A stretch of 41,023 nt of DNA from positions 1 to 41,023 of the forward strand of contig JAZQYE010000183.1 in assembly GCA_045633385.1 (NCBI GenBank), written 5' to 3'. Shown piece by piece: positions 7,711 through 16,090 of the stretch. Each line of letters begins with the position of its first letter. The first letter of the stretch is position 1. The position numbers and the translations under genes are program-made. The notes below the pieces were generated by a model. It ran no database searches and had not been told where the DNA came from. It saw only the letters and a list, made by a program, of their open reading frames with translations. Source of the stretch: Eubacteriales bacterium (lineage in GTDB: Bacteria > Bacillota > Clostridia > Oscillospirales > CAG-272).

Positions 7711-10700
7711 ATGAGTGATTTTGTTCATTTGCATCTGCACAGCGAATACAGCCTTTTGGACGGCGCGTGCCGCATCTCTGAGATCCCTGCGCGCGTTAAG
7801 GAGTGCGGACAAACTGCGGTTGCCATTACCGATCACGGCGTGATGTACGGCGTCATTGCCTTTGACCGTGCTTGCCGTGAGGCGGGCGTGCACCCCATTA
7901 TCGGCTGTGAGGTTTACGTAGCACCCGATTCCCGTTTTAACAAGACCAACGCAGGTGAGGGATATGCCGATCACCTCGTTCTGCTTTGCGAAAATATGGA
8001 GGGATACCGCAATTTGACCGAAATGGTCTCCCGTTCCTTTACCGAGGGCTTTTACAACAAGCCGCGCGTGGACGACGAGCTGTTGCGCCGCTATTCGGGT
8101 GGCTTGATCGCGCTTTCTGCCTGCATTGGCGGTCGTATTCCCAAGCTGCTCTCCAGAGGGGATTTTTCTGCGGCAAAGGAGACGGCGCTCCGCTACGGCG
8201 AGATCTTTGGAAAGGATCGTTTTTATATCGAGATCCAGGATCACGGCATTGCCGAGGAAAAGCAGGTCATGCCGCACCTGGTCGCATTGGCAAAGGATTG
8301 CGACTTGCCGCTTGTTGCCACCAACGATTGCCACTATCTGCGCCGCCGTGATGCCGATACGCAAGCCGTTTTGATGTGTGTGCAGACCAACACCACCGTT
8401 TCCGAGGGCAGACCTGCGGCTTTTGCCACCGATGAGTTTTACCTCAAGGACAGCACCGAAATGTCCTTGCTCTTCCGCGCCTATCCCGAGGCGGTTGAAA
8501 ACACCGCTCGCATTGCCGCGCGCTGTAACGTGGAGTTTGATTTTTCTACCACCTACCTGCCTAAATTCCCATGCCCTGTAGGGAAGAGTGCGACCGAGCA
8601 TTTGCACCACCTGACCTACGAGGGTTACCGATCCCGTATCGCGCGCGGTCACATCGTGTTTGACACGCACGAGGAACGGGAATACACCGAGCGCTTGGAG
8701 TATGAGCTTTCGGTCATTGCACAAATGGGATATGACGACTATTTTCTCATCGTGCAGGATTACGTCAATTTTGCAAAATCCAAGGATATTCCCGTAGGCC
8801 CCGGCAGAGGCTCGGGCGCGGGTAGCCTTGTGGCGTACGTGCTTGGCATTACCGACGTGGATTCCATTCGATTCGAGCTACTCTTTGAGCGTTTTCTCAA
8901 CCCCGAACGCGTCAGTATGCCCGATATCGATATCGATTTTTGCTATAACCGCCGCGACGAGGTCATTGATTACGTCAGCCGTAAATACGGCAATGACCAC
9001 GTCTCGCAGATCATCACCTTTGGTACGTTGGCGGCACGCGCCGCAATCCGCGACGTAGGTCGCGCGCTGGGTATGTCTTATGCCGACGTCGATGCCGTTG
9101 CCCGTGCCGTACCGCAGGAGCTCAACATCACCATTGATGTGGCGTTGCGCTTGCCCGAACTCAAAAAGCTTTACGAGGGCTCCGAGCAGGTGCGCCGCTT
9201 GGTCGATACCGCCAAGGCGCTTGAGGGTATGCCGCGTAACGTATCCATTCACGCGGCGGGCATCGTTATTACCGATCAGCCCATCAGCTCCTATCTTCCC
9301 GTCGCGCTGAGCAACGGAACCGTTGTTACGCAGTTCGATATGGATACCGTTGCCAAGCTCGGGTTGTTAAAATTTGATTTTCTTGCCCTGCGCTACCTTA
9401 CCATTTTGCACGATGCCGAACGCATGGTGCGCGAGAGCGAGCCGGCGTTCAGCCTTGACGCGTTGCCGCTGGACGATCAAGAGACCTACTCACTTATCTC
9501 CTCCGGCAAAACGGGCGGCGTGTTCCAATTGGAGTCGGGTGGGATGAGACAAATGCTGACGGGACTGCGACCCGAATCTCTGGATGACGTCATTGCGGCG
9601 ATCGCACTGTACCGACCGGGACCGATGGATTCTATTCCCACCTTTATCGAGTGCCGCCACAACCCGCAAAAGATCACCTATGCAACGCCTCTTTTGGAGC
9701 CCATTTTGCGTTCCACATACGGCTGTGTGGTGTATCAGGAGCAGGTCATGAGCATCTTTCGCACCATTGGCGGCTACACCTTTGGACACGCAGACGTGGT
9801 GCGCCGTGCCATGTCCAAAAAGAAGGCGAGCGTACTGCTTGCCGAGCGCGAGAGCTTTGTTGCGGGTGCGAGAGAGAGAGGCGTTGATACGGCGGTTGCC
9901 GAGCGGCTCTTTTCCGATATGGAGAGCTTTGCCAATTATGCCTTTAACAAGTCACACGCGGCGGCGTACGGCATCATTTCCTACCGCACCGCCTATCTCA
10001 AATGTCACTATCCTCAGCAATATCTCGCGGCACTTCTGACCAGCGTTCTGGGCAGTCAAACCAAGGTTGCGGAATATATTGCAGAGTGCACCGCACGCGG
10101 CATTCGCGTGCTCCCACCCGATATCAACGAGAGTCGTATGCACTTTTCTACCGTAGGCAAAAACATTCGCTTCGGTCTTTTGGCACTCAAAAACGTGGGC
10201 GTGCAGTTCTTACAGCAAATTTTGGAGGAGCGTCGGCGCGGTCCGTTCGTTTCTTTTGACGATTTTATCAACCGCATTCCCGCAGGCGACCTCAACCGCC
10301 GCATGGTAGAGGCGCTGATCAAGGGCGGCGCATTCGATTGCCTTGGCAAATACCGCAGTCAGCTGTTGGCGGTTTACGACGTGATGATCGAGCGAGCCGC
10401 ACAAAGAGGCAGAGATAATCTGGACGGACAGCTGGATATGTTCTCCATGCCCGGGCAAGCCGGCGCGCAAGCACCTGCGGTGGAGTATCCCGATATTCCC
10501 GAGCTTGGCGTGCGCGAAAAGCTCTCCTTGGAAAAGGAGGCGGCAGGAATGTATTTTTCGGGCAGCTTGTTGGACGAGTTCAGCCAGCACTTGAATATCC
10601 TCAAAGCCATGCCGATTTCCGAGCTGGTCGGTGAGGATGCCGCCCCCGTGGAACGGAAAACGGTCTGCATTGCCGGTATGATCTCCTCGATCACCGTCAA

Positions 10701-11256
10701 GAACACCAAGAACGGCAAGCAAATGGCGTTCTTTACGGTGGAGGATCGCGCTGCCGAGATCGAGTGCATTGCCTTTGCCAACGTGCTTGACGAGTTTTCT
10801 TATCTGCTCAAAAAGGAGAATGCCGTTTACGTGCGCGGAACGGTCTCTTTGCGCGAGGACGAGGATGCCAAGCTGCTCGTTCAGCACGTGGAGCAATTGG
10901 TGGAGAACAGGCGCTTTCACCCCGAAAGCATGGTAGCGGAGGCGGAGACGTCAACGGGTAGGGCACAGACCGTGCAACAGGTCAGCGGTGCACAATCTGA
11001 ACGCAATGCGCCCAAAAACGCACAACCGTCAATCGAAAACGCCAAACGGTTGTTTTTGCGTGTGCCGAGCGAGCGATGCGAGCTTTGCTACAAGGCGCGC
11101 AACCTGACCGAGATCTTTGAAGGCGCGTTTCCCACCTTCTTTTACTACGCAGATGAGAAAAAATACGATACCGTACCCTGCGGCGTTTCGATGAGCCGTT
11201 ACGTGCTGGCAGAGCTGTGCACGCTTTTGGGGGAGGAAAACGTTATTTTGAAATAA
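7711..11256 (+). CDS. dnaE: DNA polymerase III alpha subunit (DnaE type)
   Basis: It has an N-terminal PHP domain (FVHLHLHSEYSLLDGA), the polymerase core (PDIDIDF, GLLKFDFLAL) and an OB-fold tail. The product is 1181 aa. Confidence 0.95.
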   Translation: MSDFVHLHLHSEYSLLDGACRISEIPARVKECGQTAVAITDHGVMYGVIAFDRACREAGVHPIIGCEVYVAPDSRFNKTNAGEGYADHLVLLCENMEGYRNLTEMVSRSFTEGFYNKPRVDDELLRRYSGGLIALSACIGGRIPKLLSRGDFSAAKETALRYGEIFGKDRFYIEIQDHGIAEEKQVMPHLVALAKDCDLPLVATNDCHYLRRRDADTQAVLMCVQTNTTVSEGRPAAFATDEFYLKDSTEMSLLFRAYPEAVENTARIAARCNVEFDFSTTYLPKFPCPVGKSATEHLHHLTYEGYRSRIARGHIVFDTHEEREYTERLEYELSVIAQMGYDDYFLIVQDYVNFAKSKDIPVGPGRGSGAGSLVAYVLGITDVDSIRFELLFERFLNPERVSMPDIDIDFCYNRRDEVIDYVSRKYGNDHVSQIITFGTLAARAAIRDVGRALGMSYADVDAVARAVPQELNITIDVALRLPELKKLYEGSEQVRRLVDTAKALEGMPRNVSIHAAGIVITDQPISSYLPVALSNGTVVTQFDMDTVAKLGLLKFDFLALRYLTILHDAERMVRESEPAFSLDALPLDDQETYSLISSGKTGGVFQLESGGMRQMLTGLRPESLDDVIAAIALYRPGPMDSIPTFIECRHNPQKITYATPLLEPILRSTYGCVVYQEQVMSIFRTIGGYTFGHADVVRRAMSKKKASVLLAERESFVAGARERGVDTAVAERLFSDMESFANYAFNKSHAAAYGIISYRTAYLKCHYPQQYLAALLTSVLGSQTKVAEYIAECTARGIRVLPPDINESRMHFSTVGKNIRFGLLALKNVGVQFLQQILEERRRGPFVSFDDFINRIPAGDLNRRMVEALIKGGAFDCLGKYRSQLLAVYDVMIERAAQRGRDNLDGQLDMFSMPGQAGAQAPAVEYPDIPELGVREKLSLEKEAAGMYFSGSLLDEFSQHLNILKAMPISELVGEDAAPVERKTVCIAGMISSITVKNTKNGKQMAFFTVEDRAAEIECIAFANVLDEFSYLLKKENAVYVRGTVSLREDEDAKLLVQHVEQLVENRRFHPESMVAEAETSTGRAQTVQQVSGAQSERNAPKNAQPSIENAKRLFLRVPSERCELCYKARNLTEIFEGAFPTFFYYADEKKYDTVPCGVSMSRYVLAELCTLLGEENVILK

Positions 11257-11265
11257 GGAGACGGC

Positions 11266-11958
11266 ATGATCAAATTTATCTTTTTGGATCTGGACGACAC
11301 GATTTTGGATTTTCATCGCGCCGAGGCGGTTGCCATTCGCAAAACGCTTCAATCGCTCAACGTCAATCCCACCGATGCGGTGGTGGCGCGGTACAGCGAG
11401 ATCAACGACGGCTTTTGGAAGGCGTTGGAGCGCGGCGAGATCACACGGGAGCAGCTCAAGCTGCAACGCTTTGGTTGCTTATTTGAGGAGCTCGGCGTTC
11501 GTGTCTCTCCCTCAGTTGCAAAAAGGCTTTATGAAAAAAATCTGAGCGCAGGGCACTTTTTTATGGAGGGCGCGCCCAAGCTCTTGATTACGCTGGCGGC
11601 AAAATACGAGCTGTATCTCGTTTCCAACGGCACGCTTGCGGTGCAAAAAAGCCGCTTGAAAAGTGCGGGCATTGAGCGGTATTTCAAGGGTGTCTTTATC
11701 TCTGAGGAGATTGGCGTCAACAAGCCGCAAAAGGAGTTTTTTGACCGCTGTACCCAAACCATTCCGCAATACGATCCGAGTGCCTCTGTCATTCTCGGCG
11801 ATAGCCTTTCCTCCGACGTGCAGGGTGGCATCAACGCAGGAATGCATACCTGCTGGTTCAATCCGCACGGTAAAAGGGCAGGGGAGATTTGCCCCGAATA
11901 CGAGATCGCAGATCTTGCGGATTTTTACACCGTTTTGCAAAAACTGAACGAAAATTAA
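11266..11958 (+). CDS. HAD-IA family hydrolase (YjjG-like nucleotidase type)
   Basis: It has DxDxT motif I (FLDLDDTILDF), motif II (LVSNG) and motifs III/IV (K...GDSLSSDVQGG). Confidence 0.85.
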   Translation: MIKFIFLDLDDTILDFHRAEAVAIRKTLQSLNVNPTDAVVARYSEINDGFWKALERGEITREQLKLQRFGCLFEELGVRVSPSVAKRLYEKNLSAGHFFMEGAPKLLITLAAKYELYLVSNGTLAVQKSRLKSAGIERYFKGVFISEEIGVNKPQKEFFDRCTQTIPQYDPSASVILGDSLSSDVQGGINAGMHTCWFNPHGKRAGEICPEYEIADLADFYTVLQKLNEN

Positions 11959-12010
11959 GAAAAAAACGCAAAATGCAACCGCAGGTTGACAAATTTCCAA
12001 GTCGAATTGC

Positions 12011-12039
12011 TTGCCAAAATGCCTGAGGTCTGCTATACT
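12011..12039 (+). promoter_or_regulatory. Candidate promoter for the XRE-membrane regulator (TTGCCA-17-TATACT, TGn extended -10)
   Basis: TTGCCA is at 12011-12016, TG at 12031-12032 and TATACT at 12034-12039. The promoter lies 32 nt upstream of the ATG at 12071. Confidence 0.45.
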
Positions 12040-12070
12040 GACAGCACAAGACACGAAAGGAGTGTTTACT

Positions 12071-13141
12071 ATGCTATCGGAAAAGATTATGAATTTACGT
12101 AAAAGCCGCGGTTGGTCGCAGGAGGAACTTGCCGAGCGACTCAACGTTTCGCGCCAATCGGTCTCCAAATGGGAGTCGGGGCTTTCAATTCCCGATCTGG
12201 ATAAGATCGTTGCCATGAGTATGCTGTTTGGCGTAACGACCGACTATTTATTAAAGGACGCAGACGACGCGCGTGAGCCCATTCGCGATTTTGCGGTGAA
12301 CCGAGACGATGATGACGATGATGAGGACGAGGACGAAGCGATCTTTGAAGAGATCGTTGAGGAAGAGCCGTTACCCACACGCGAGGTGAGTGCCGCGGAG
12401 GCAAGCGTCTATCTTGATACCGCCAAAAAGTCAGGGCGGCGCATTGCTTTGGGCGTTTTGCTGTGCATTTTGTCAGTGCTGACGTTTATGGTGCTTGTAG
12501 AGGTGCTCTATTATATGGATTTGAGTGAGGGCGCTGTAGCCGCAGGCTCGCTCGCCGCATTGCTTGCCACAATCGGCGTGGCAGTTGCTATTTTTATTCC
12601 CGCAGGAACGGCACTTTCCAAGTACGAATATCTGGAAAAGAGCACGATCGTTTTGACAGAAGCATTGGAAAAGGATTTGCGAGAGGAATACGAGGCAAAC
12701 AATCAAAAGCAGCTTTGGCACATTACCGTAGGCGTGCTGTTCTGTATTTTCGGCGCATTGATTCTCATATTCATGTCGCTTCTGTTCCCCAATAATGACC
12801 ATGTGCTGCTAATGTGCTTGTGGCTGTTGTTTGTGCTCGTGGCTGTCGGCGTGTATATCATCGTGCGCACCTGCTATTTGCGCGGTGCGTATCAAAGACT
12901 GTTGCAGTTAGAGGAGTTTTCTGCCGAGTGCAAGACGCACGCGTTGCGCACCGAGGTCATTTCCGCATCCTATTGGTTGGTCATCCTGGCAATTTATCTC
13001 GGCTCCAGCTTTTTGAGTGGGGAGTGGGGTATTACCTGGATCATCTGGCCGATCGCCGCTATTCTGTCAGGCCCTTTTAGCACCTTGATCGGCAGAAAAA
13101 AGAAGTACCGCGTTGTAAAAAAGACCGCGAAAAAGCAGTAA
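12071..13141 (+). CDS. Membrane-anchored XRE-family (HTH_3) transcriptional regulator
   Basis: The start is set at [37 protein letters not shown], with AAAGGAG upstream. A Cro/C1-type HTH is followed by an acidic run ([11 protein letters not shown]) and then about 6 predicted TM helices. Confidence 0.85.
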   Translation: MLSEKIMNLRKSRGWSQEELAERLNVSRQSVSKWESGLSIPDLDKIVAMSMLFGVTTDYLLKDADDAREPIRDFAVNRDDDDDDEDEDEAIFEEIVEEEPLPTREVSAAEASVYLDTAKKSGRRIALGVLLCILSVLTFMVLVEVLYYMDLSEGAVAAGSLAALLATIGVAVAIFIPAGTALSKYEYLEKSTIVLTEALEKDLREEYEANNQKQLWHITVGVLFCIFGALILIFMSLLFPNNDHVLLMCLWLLFVLVAVGVYIIVRTCYLRGAYQRLLQLEEFSAECKTHALRTEVISASYWLVILAIYLGSSFLSGEWGITWIIWPIAAILSGPFSTLIGRKKKYRVVKKTAKKQ

Positions 13142-13180
13142 AATTGAAAAATCGATAAAACAAATTGAACAATTCAAAAA

Positions 13181-13214
13181 AGGTGTCCGCTTATGCTTGC
13201 AAAAGCGGACACCT
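13181..13214 (+). terminator. 12-bp stem hairpin downstream of the XRE gene (no T-run)
   Basis: AGGTGTCCGCTT (13181-13192) pairs perfectly with AAGCGGACACCT (13203-13214). No U-tract follows, so it is a weak or atypical terminator. Confidence 0.35.
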
Positions 13215-13225
13215 TGTGTTATAAT
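13197..13225 (+). promoter_or_regulatory. Candidate promoter for the FAD oxidoreductase (TTGCAA-17-TATAAT with TGn)
   Basis: TTGCAA at 13197-13202 lies in the hairpin loop. TATAAT is at 13220-13225 and is preceded by TGT. Confidence 0.45.
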
Positions 13226-13262
13226 GGAGTTGTAAATCGTTCAAACGAAAGGACAAAAGCAT

Positions 13263-14456
13263 ATGACGGTGGAAACGGTAACAAAAAAATCGCACGACGT
13301 AGTGGTCGTTGGCGGCGGTATTGGAGGCGTGTGCGCGGCTGTCAGCGCGGCAAGAATGGGAGCGAGCGTGCTCCTGATTGAAAAGAGCATCAACCTTGGC
13401 GGTCTTGCCACGCGGGGTCTGATTAGCTGGTACGAGCCGCTTTGCGACGGACAAGGACACCGTATGGTAGGCGGCATAGGTGAGGAGCTGATCCGTCTTG
13501 CCGTATCGGTTGGCTTGGAGGATCTTTCAAATGATTGGAAGGATCCAAATGCAGAGCCGGTCGCGCCTCAAAAACGCTACTGTTCGCATTTTTCGCCCAC
13601 CTTTTTCTCGTTGGCGTTGGATCGCTTTGTGCTGGATGCAGGCGTGGAAATGGTGTTGGATTCTCACGCAACCTATCCCGTTATGGATGGCAAGCGCTTG
13701 CGCGGTGTGCTGGTAGAGGATGCCGCTGGTCGCTCCTTTTATCCTGCCAAAATTGTGATCGATGCCACGGGAGACGCCTCTATTGCTTACCGTGCAGGCG
13801 TGCCGTGCGAGCTTGGAAACAACTTTTTGAGCTATTGGGTGCATGACTTTTCCTATGAAACTGCCCAAAAATATGTTGAAGATCAAAATCTTGCCAAGTT
13901 CCGTCATTGGAATCACGCAGGCTCCTCCGCAAACGGAAAGGGGCACCCCGAGGGAATGAAGCTCTTTCACGGCGACAGTGCCGAGGAGATCACCGATTTC
14001 GTTTTGCGCGGCAAAGAGCTGTTGCTCAAACGCTACGAGGGAATCGATCCGCTCACGCGCGAGATCATGACCCTGCCCGAAATGCCGCAATTCCGTACCA
14101 TTCGTCACATTGTGGGAAAGAGCACCTTTGAGGGCACGGAGGACGGCATCATGTGCCAGACGCCCATTGGTGTGATCACCGATTTTCGCAAGGGTGGTAC
14201 GCATTATTCCGTTCCGTACGAAACGCTCTATCACCCCGATTTTTCCAATCTGCTAACCGCAGGGCGCATTATCAGCGCTGTGGGAGAGGGCTGGGAGATC
14301 ACGCGTGTCATTCCCGGCTGTACCCTGACGGGTGAGGCGGCAGGCGCGGCGGCGGTGCTGGCACTCTCGCACGGGGAGGACGCAGACCGCGTACCGTATG
14401 CCGAATTACGCGCCGTCTTGGAGCAAAAAAAGGTGCTGTTCGATCTGCACGCGTAA
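13263..14456 (+). CDS. FAD-dependent oxidoreductase
   Basis: It has an N-terminal dinucleotide-binding motif (DVVVVGGGIGGVCAAVSAARMGASVLLIEK) and is 397 aa. Confidence 0.8.
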   Translation: MTVETVTKKSHDVVVVGGGIGGVCAAVSAARMGASVLLIEKSINLGGLATRGLISWYEPLCDGQGHRMVGGIGEELIRLAVSVGLEDLSNDWKDPNAEPVAPQKRYCSHFSPTFFSLALDRFVLDAGVEMVLDSHATYPVMDGKRLRGVLVEDAAGRSFYPAKIVIDATGDASIAYRAGVPCELGNNFLSYWVHDFSYETAQKYVEDQNLAKFRHWNHAGSSANGKGHPEGMKLFHGDSAEEITDFVLRGKELLLKRYEGIDPLTREIMTLPEMPQFRTIRHIVGKSTFEGTEDGIMCQTPIGVITDFRKGGTHYSVPYETLYHPDFSNLLTAGRIISAVGEGWEITRVIPGCTLTGEAAGAAAVLALSHGEDADRVPYAELRAVLEQKKVLFDLHA

Positions 14457-14511
14457 GGCTTGGCAGCAAGATTTTTCTTTGCACGGAATCCAATTTTCAT
14501 TCAACATGATG

Positions 14512-14564
14512 AAATCCCAACGCACAAAAGCGCATAGTTGCGTGCGTTGGGATTTTGCTTTTTT
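14512..14564 (+). terminator. Rho-independent terminator of the FAD oxidoreductase gene
   Basis: AAATCCCAACGCAC (14512-14525) pairs with GTGCGTTGGGATTT (14542-14555) and is followed by TGCTTTTTT. Confidence 0.7.
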
Positions 14565-14761
14565 GAAAAGATATTTTTGATTCGCGCTTGTGTTCATCAG
14601 CCGCGTTTCTCCAAGCTCATGACTTGCTTTGTTAGAAAAGCGCTTGGAAAGGAAGTAAAGTCATTTCGATAACACAAAAGAAGTTGCGCCAAGGGGTAAT
14701 GTTCTTAGCGGAGAAATCACGAATAAAATTTCTTTAGTTGATACGCAGTAAACAAATAATT

Positions 14762-14797
14762 AACGCCGACAGATTTTTCAAAAATCTGTCGGCGTTT
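14762..14797. terminator. Perfect 17-bp-arm palindrome; probable bidirectional terminator
   Basis: AACGCCGACAGATTTTT-CA-AAAAATCTGTCGGCGTT lies 35 nt downstream of the minus-strand 69-aa gene. Confidence 0.6.
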
Positions 14798-14831
14798 GCT
14801 ATTCAACAAATTGGAATTTGTTTGATTCAGA

Positions 14832-15041
14832 TTATTTGCCTTTTTTCTTTGCAATGTGTGAAACGATGGAACAAGCAATTATTCCAATCACGAATGGGAT
14901 AGCAAAAAGTAGTCCTACATCCCAAGGTGCGCTATTACCGGGTGCATATCGAAGAACTGTGCAGTTATAGGTTACCACAACGCACATAATGTTTGTAAGT
15001 AATATTGCAAGTGCTGCAAATATCGTTGATAACTTTTTCAT
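14832..15041 (-). CDS. 69-aa two-TM membrane protein, function unknown
   Basis: A perfect AGGAGG lies 7 nt upstream of the ATG at 15041. The start is 9 nt after the stop of the upstream XRE gene. It has two hydrophobic helices and a KKKGK tail, and sits in low-GC sequence. Confidence 0.65.
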   Translation of the reverse strand: MKKLSTIFAALAILLTNIMCVVVTYNCTVLRYAPGNSAPWDVGLLFAIPFVIGIIACSIVSHIAKKKGK

Positions 15042-15050
15042 TGAAACCTC

Positions 15051-15512
15051 CTACTTATGTTTCATTGTTTTGATAAGTATTATAGCTCCAAAGACCACAA
15101 ACAACACCGATACCAGCATTGCTATAAATGTGCCATCAATGACTATCATAGATGACTGTGCTATTTTGTCAGCGGTTTCAGAACTAAATACCGAAATAGC
15201 ACCAAACACGATTAGCGAAACGCATCCTAAAAGCGAAATCACAAGACCTAATATACCAAGAAGTTTTTTGTTTCCATTGATCTTCTCGGCAGGCTGCACG
15301 CTTGTTGGTTCTTCAATATCTTCTTTAACGAGATAGTCTATACTGACACCGAAAAGTTCGCTGTATTTTTGTAGCATTTCGGCATCGGGGGATGTCGTTC
15401 CGTTTTCCCACTTTGAAATCACTTGTCTTGAACAATTCAGCTTCTCGGCAAGAGCTTCTTGGGATAATCCTTGTTTACGGCGCAAGTTATAAAGTTTTTC
15501 CGACAGCGTCAT
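15051..15512 (-). CDS. Membrane-anchored XRE-family (HTH_3) regulator, short form
   Basis: MTLSEKLYNLRRKQGLSQEALAEKLNCSRQVISKWENG is clearly paralogous to the HTH of the 12071 gene. It has 2 C-terminal TM helices, and AAGGAGG lies upstream of the ATG. Confidence 0.85.
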   Translation of the reverse strand: MTLSEKLYNLRRKQGLSQEALAEKLNCSRQVISKWENGTTSPDAEMLQKYSELFGVSIDYLVKEDIEEPTSVQPAEKINGNKKLLGILGLVISLLGCVSLIVFGAISVFSSETADKIAQSSMIVIDGTFIAMLVSVLFVVFGAIILIKTMKHK

Positions 15513-15557
15513 AAGTACCTCCTTACGCCATTAGTTTAACAGCTTTGCCTTTGATTG

Positions 15558-15586
15558 TCTATACACGACCGTAGGCAATTCCGCAA
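15558..15586 (-). promoter_or_regulatory. Weak candidate promoter for the XRE / small-membrane-protein pair (TTGCGG-17-TATAGA)
   Basis: On the minus strand, TTGCGG is at 15586-15581 and TATAGA at 15563-15558 with a 17-nt spacer. Confidence 0.3.
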
Positions 15587-15711
15587 CGAGCGTTAACATT
15601 TATAGTTTTCGTCAAATTCTTATTTATCCTTCTGCTTTTATCGCGCCAGTTTCGCATTTGTTTAACAAAGGTTTCGGGCAAAGCCCATGCCCCTAATGTT
15701 GCGCACATCCA

Positions 15712-15850
15712 AAGGCTTCCTCCGGGAGGGAGCTGTCAGCGAAGCTGACTAAGGGAGAGTGCGTTACAATGAAGTTAGCATAAACCCAAAGTCACGCGGG
15801 CTCCTTCCGTCACGGCTACGCCGTGCCACCTTCCTCCCGGAGGAAGGCTT
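15712..15850. repeat. 139-bp MITE/REP-like palindromic element
   Basis: The 18-bp terminal inverted repeats match at 17/18: AAGGCTTCCTCCGGGAGG (15712-15729) versus the reverse complement of CCTCCCGGAGGAAGGCTT (15833-15850). Each end is followed inward by a perfect 6-bp/3-nt hairpin: GTCAGC-GAA-GCTGAC (15735-15749) and CACGGC-TAC-GCCGTG (15811-15825). Confidence 0.5.
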
Positions 15851-16041
15851 TTTCGCTAACCCCATTATATCACAAATCGGCAGGGAAAACAAGTTCTCTG
15901 CCGAAATTTTGTGCTTACGAATTCTCCGTTAAGAGTATCACGCCAAGGCGCGTCTGTTTGTTTTTCTAAAGCTTGCGCATTCAATCTCACAACTTGTGAT
16001 GTTCGCACCAAAAACCATGTGCCAAAGGTTCTTGAAGGGGG

Positions 16042-16075
16042 TGCGGGGGAGCTTCATTCAAGAAGCTCCCCCGCA
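16042..16075 (-). terminator. 14-bp stem hairpin just downstream of mnmA (no U-tract)
   Basis: TGCGGGGGAGCTTC-ATTCAA-GAAGCTCCCCCGCA lies 16 nt past the mnmA stop. It belongs to the same hairpin family as 32727-32759. Confidence 0.4.
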
Positions 16076-16090
16076 AACACTTAACATATT

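Noticed and set aside
15700-15765. Multi-hairpin segment (CGCAC...GTGCG enclosing two stem-loops) considered as a tRNA-like or other known RNA gene
   Set aside because: There is no acceptor/T-arm/anticodon geometry and no conserved tRNA, tmRNA or SRP motifs. It is better explained as the left half of the inverted-repeat element at 15712-15850.
14566-16090. Search for an integrase, transposase or phage gene that would define the low-GC islets as mobile elements
   Set aside because: No ORF with recombinase-like motifs exists in or next to either islet. Mobility is inferred only from composition and short flanking repeats, so it is reported as a hypothesis and not annotated as a mobile element.
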